NCBI GenBank assembly: GCA_963727445.1
Contig: CAVSGI010000017.1
Span: 32,001 to 96,000, forward strand
DNA: 64,000 bases
Reading direction: 5' to 3'
Source of the DNA: an uncultured delta proteobacterium
GTDB taxonomy: Bacteria > Myxococcota_A > Polyangia > Polyangiales > B10-G4
Under the pieces are notes generated by a model, which had not been told where the DNA came from, ran no database searches, and worked only from the letters and a program-made list of their open reading frames with translations. The position numbers and the translations under genes were made by a program. Every line of letters starts with the position of its first letter. The stretch's first letter is position 1. Below, piece after piece: positions 60,568 to 64,000 of the stretch.

Positions 60568-61365
60568 GTGCGTGGCGCTCTGATCCTCTGGCTCGTGCCC
60601 TTCGTCGTCGTCGGCTGCGATTGCAGCGACGACCTCGGCAGTGGCCGAGACGGAGGCGGGATCGACGGCGGCGGCGACGCCAGCCGGCGCGACGGTGCCC
60701 TCACCGACGGAGCGGCGCGTGATGGCGGAGGCGGGATCGACGGCGGCAGCACCTGCACCGATCTGATGGCCACCATTCGGGACTTCCGCGCGGATCATCC
60801 CGACTTCGAGGCGAACATCGGGAGCATGCCCGGCCTGGTGGAGGATGCGCTCGGCTCGGACAACAAGCCCGTGTACGCGCCCGCGGGTCCCACGGCGGTA
60901 ACCGCCGGCCAGGCGGAGTTCGATCAGTGGTATCGCGACGTCGACGGCATCAACATGCGCTTCGCGATCCCGATCCCTCTCACCGAGACCTCGCCGGGCG
61001 TCTTCGTCTTCGACGATCCGGAGTTCTTCCCCATCGACGGGATGGGCTGGCCGGGTGAGGAGCTGCTCGGACACAACTTCCACTTCACCACCGAGATCCA
61101 CGCCGCCTTCACCTATCGCGGCGGCGAGGTCTTCACCTTTCGGGGCGACGACGACGTCTTCCTCTTCATCAACGGCCGCCTCGCCCTCGACCTCGGCGGC
61201 GTGCACGGCCCCGAGGAGGGCACGGTCGACTTCGACGCCATGGCCGACCAGCTCGGCATCACCGCCGGCGAGACCTACCGCTTCGACATCTTCCACGCCG
61301 AGCGCCACACCTCGGAGTCGAACTTCCGCATGGAAACCTCCATCGAGTGCTTCACGTTGATCTGA
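60568..61365 (+). CDS. Fibro-slime domain lipoprotein
   Basis: IRDF..HPDFE, HNFHFTTE, GDDDVFLFING, DLGGVH, FHAERH. Confidence 0.92.
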   Translation: MRGALILWLVPFVVVGCDCSDDLGSGRDGGGIDGGGDASRRDGALTDGAARDGGGGIDGGSTCTDLMATIRDFRADHPDFEANIGSMPGLVEDALGSDNKPVYAPAGPTAVTAGQAEFDQWYRDVDGINMRFAIPIPLTETSPGVFVFDDPEFFPIDGMGWPGEELLGHNFHFTTEIHAAFTYRGGEVFTFRGDDDVFLFINGRLALDLGGVHGPEEGTVDFDAMADQLGITAGETYRFDIFHAERHTSESNFRMETSIECFTLI

Positions 61366-61407
61366 CGTTCGGTGGCCGCCGCGGGTTAGAGTCGGCGAGG
61401 GGAGCAG

Positions 61408-63099
61408 ATGAACGAAGACATCGACGTCCTGATCGTCGGCGGCGGTCCCGTCGGCCTGGCCATGGCCTGTGAGCTTCACCGGCACGGCCTCCGCCCGCGG
61501 CTGATCGAGGAGAAGAGAGAGCGGGATCAATGGTCGAAGGCCGCGGCCATCCAGCCCCGCACCCTCGAGGTGCTGCGGAGCATGGGCGTGGTGGAGCCGA
61601 TCCTCGAAGCAGGCCAGCCCGTCTACGGCCTGAACCTCTTCGCGAAAGGCGAGCGTCTCGCGCACGTGGACATCCGAATCCCCGGCTCGCCCTACCCCTT
61701 CATCCTGGGCCTATCGCAGAAGCGGACCGAGGAGCTCCTCGAAGCGCATCTCGAGGCCCACGGCGGCACCCTCGAACGCGGGACCACGTTGACCGAGCTC
61801 CGCCCGGGCGAGTCGTCGGTGCAGGTGACCCTGTCGAAGGACGACGGCACGGCGGAGCAGCTCGAGGTCCCGTGGGTCGTGGGATGCGACGGTGCACATA
61901 GCTTCATGCGCAAGGCGCTCGACATCTCCTTCGAGGGCACGAGCTTCGAGCGCACGGTGATCCAGGCGGACGTCCACGCCGAGTTCCCCAAGGACGTCGA
62001 TCCACACGAGGCGCTCGCCTTCGTCTCCGATGCGGGCCCCTGCGGCTTCCTCCCGCTCTTCGCCGACCACCGCTACCGCCTCATCGTGCTGGAACCGCCC
62101 GAACAGTACGCGGAGCCGACGCTCGAGAACTTCCAGCGCCACATCGACGAGCGCGCGAGCGGCTTCTCCATCCGGCTCAGCGATCCGGCGTGGATGGCGT
62201 CGTTTCGATTCCACGGCCGTATCGCCGAACGCTACCGGGTCGGCCGCTGTTTTCTCGCCGGCGATTCGGCGCACATCCACAGCCCGGTGGGCGGCCAGGG
62301 AATGAACCTCGGCATACAGGACGCCTTCAACCTGGCCTGGAAGCTCTCGATGGTTCATCGCGGGCTGGCCCGCGACCGACTCCTCGACTCCTACGAGGCG
62401 GAGCGGCGCGCGGTCGGTGAGCAGGTCGTCAACACCACCGACCAGGCCACGAGCCGCGTGATGCGCGCGATGACGCTTCGCAACCCCGTCGCCGCTACGC
62501 TCCGCACTCAGATCGTGAGCCTTGTCTTCAACTCGGGCTTCCTGATGGATCGCATCTTCGCGACGATGGGCGGCGTCGAAGTCGGCTACCCGCGGAGCCC
62601 GGTCGTCGGCGAGTACCACGCCTCGATGTGGAGCACAGAGGTCGGCGGCGACACCGCGACCGAGACCCCAAACCTGCGCGGCTGGGTGCGCTTCCAATCC
62701 GGTCCCGGCCCAGGCCAGCGCGTCGCCGACATCCCCCTGCCCGACACCCACGAGTCCATCCTCGACCTCTTCGCCACCGAGCGGCACACGCTCCTGCTCT
62801 TCGACGGTGCCGCGGCCACGGACGAGGGCTACGCAAACCTCGGCGCCATCGGCCGCGACGTCCGCTCGAAGTACGGCGACGTCATCGACGTCATCGTCGT
62901 GGTCCCGCGCTCCGAACACCCGAGCGCCCTCGACTGGAGCGGCACCCTCATGCTCGACCCCGAGCACGAGCTCCACGACCACTTCGGCGCCCGCTCCGAA
63001 TCGCTCTACCTGATCCGCCCCGACGGCTACGTCGCGTATCGAAGTCAGCCAGCGGACGCAGCGCGCCTGTCCGCCTACCTGGAAACCCTCTTCCTCTGA
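61408..63099 (+). CDS. FAD-dependent monooxygenase (PheA/TfdB-type)
   Basis: GGGPVG, GCDGAHS, GDSAHIHSPVGGQGMNLGIQDA, LIRPDGYV. Confidence 0.93.
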   Translation: MNEDIDVLIVGGGPVGLAMACELHRHGLRPRLIEEKRERDQWSKAAAIQPRTLEVLRSMGVVEPILEAGQPVYGLNLFAKGERLAHVDIRIPGSPYPFILGLSQKRTEELLEAHLEAHGGTLERGTTLTELRPGESSVQVTLSKDDGTAEQLEVPWVVGCDGAHSFMRKALDISFEGTSFERTVIQADVHAEFPKDVDPHEALAFVSDAGPCGFLPLFADHRYRLIVLEPPEQYAEPTLENFQRHIDERASGFSIRLSDPAWMASFRFHGRIAERYRVGRCFLAGDSAHIHSPVGGQGMNLGIQDAFNLAWKLSMVHRGLARDRLLDSYEAERRAVGEQVVNTTDQATSRVMRAMTLRNPVAATLRTQIVSLVFNSGFLMDRIFATMGGVEVGYPRSPVVGEYHASMWSTEVGGDTATETPNLRGWVRFQSGPGPGQRVADIPLPDTHESILDLFATERHTLLLFDGAAATDEGYANLGAIGRDVRSKYGDVIDVIVVVPRSEHPSALDWSGTLMLDPEHELHDHFGARSESLYLIRPDGYVAYRSQPADAARLSAYLETLFL

Positions 63100-63140
63100 G
63101 GGTGACGGACCGAACTCATCGACGAGTTCGGTCGTCACCC
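63100..63140. terminator. Strong hairpin immediately after the stop codon
   Basis: GGGTGACG(G)ACCGAACTC-atcgac-GAGTTCGGTCGTCACCC; 17-bp stem, no U-tract. Confidence 0.6.
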
Positions 63141-63308
63141 AGTGGCGTGGCCTTGATGCGCCGGCCCCTCGTCGACACGATGAGACAGGCCGCGTGAGCG
63201 CACGTTCGTGGACCCGCTGGTTCAGTGGACCAAGGTGGTCCGCTCCGATGCGGGGACTGGCGACACGAATCGCGCGTCAATTCGGGGTCGCATCCGCCGC
63301 GAACGCCT

Positions 63309-63324
63309 CGGCATACCCGTTGCT
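63309..63324 (+). promoter_or_regulatory. Sigma54 promoter
   Basis: CGGCATACCCGTTGCT; RBS GGGAGGA downstream. Confidence 0.7.
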
Positions 63325-63366
63325 TTCCCTCGCCTCGGCACCGATGGACGGTGCGGGAGGAACGAG

Positions 63367-64000
63367 ATGCGAAAGACTCTGAAGGCGGTTTCCCTGACTG
63401 GATTGAGCGGGCTCTTGTGCGTGACCGCCTGCGCGACGCGCGCGTTCGACGAGGACGAGGCCGAGCTCGGCGCCTCGATCGAGGCGCTCCGACGAATCAA
63501 CGCCGACGGCACGCCAGACTGCCCCGAGCCGGGCCTCTACCGTATCGACAAGAGCGCGCTCGTCGCGTGTTCGGTCAGCGGCTACGCGAGGATCGATGGG
63601 ATCGACAGCAGTGCGGTCGCCGTCGAGCTCGGCACCCTCGACGGATACGTGCTTCCCCCGATGATGGCGGTGCGGAGCGGTGGAGAGTCCGCGCTCGACG
63701 GCGGAACCCTCCAGGTGTTGCGCGGGAATTCGGTGAGCGTTGCGGAGGAGTCCACGCCGCTGCCGAGCGCAGAGGACCTGTCGGCGCACTGCGCCACCCT
63801 CGGCGTCGAGATCGACACCGCCACCGGTGACGTGTGGGTCTGCACCGAGACCGTCGCGCTTCTTCTCCCGGCCGTGCAGTCCGCGCGAGAAGCCACGAGC
63901 TCCGATTACCCGAGCTTTGCCATGCACCCCGCGCCCGGTAGTCGTGTGCTTCCCGAGGTGACCATCTCTTCCGCCACCGCCGGCGAGGGCACCGCCACCG
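63367..64000 (+). CDS. Hypothetical lipoprotein, runs off the window end (not in ORF track)
   Basis: MRKTLKAVSLTGLSGLLCVTAC; frame open to 64000. Confidence 0.75.
   Translation, partial: MRKTLKAVSLTGLSGLLCVTACATRAFDEDEAELGASIEALRRINADGTPDCPEPGLYRIDKSALVACSVSGYARIDGIDSSAVAVELGTLDGYVLPPMMAVRSGGESALDGGTLQVLRGNSVSVAEESTPLPSAEDLSAHCATLGVEIDTATGDVWVCTETVALLLPAVQSAREATSSDYPSFAMHPAPGSRVLPEVTISSATAGEGTAT

Overview
High-GC chromosomal window from a myxobacterium, most likely Polyangiales/Sandaracinaceae-like (inferred from a MYXO-CTERM-type tail, a fibro-slime lipoprotein, an FHA-sigma54 activator, Ser/Thr kinase-TPR proteins and about 19 lipoproteins). I can support about 60 CDS and saw no tRNA, rRNA, CRISPR array, integrase or transposase. 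About a dozen frameshifts look like long-read errors; five are the same GATC->GATTC insertion. Main signals: (1) a 21.5-34.3 kb signalling/dormancy-like island with eight sigma54 promoters (three divergent pairs), a shared paired upstream motif, a local PAS kinase and NtrC-family activator, and catalytically stripped PolX, glycogen phosphorylase and HPF-like genes; (2) at 35.1-47.0 kb, two mirror-image paralogous operons (exported protein, Cys-rich lipoprotein, Ser/Thr kinase-TPR) around an FHA-sigma54 activator, each arm with a sigma54 promoter; (3) repeated near-leaderless promoter architecture. All family calls come from motif recognition by eye; no database searches were run.
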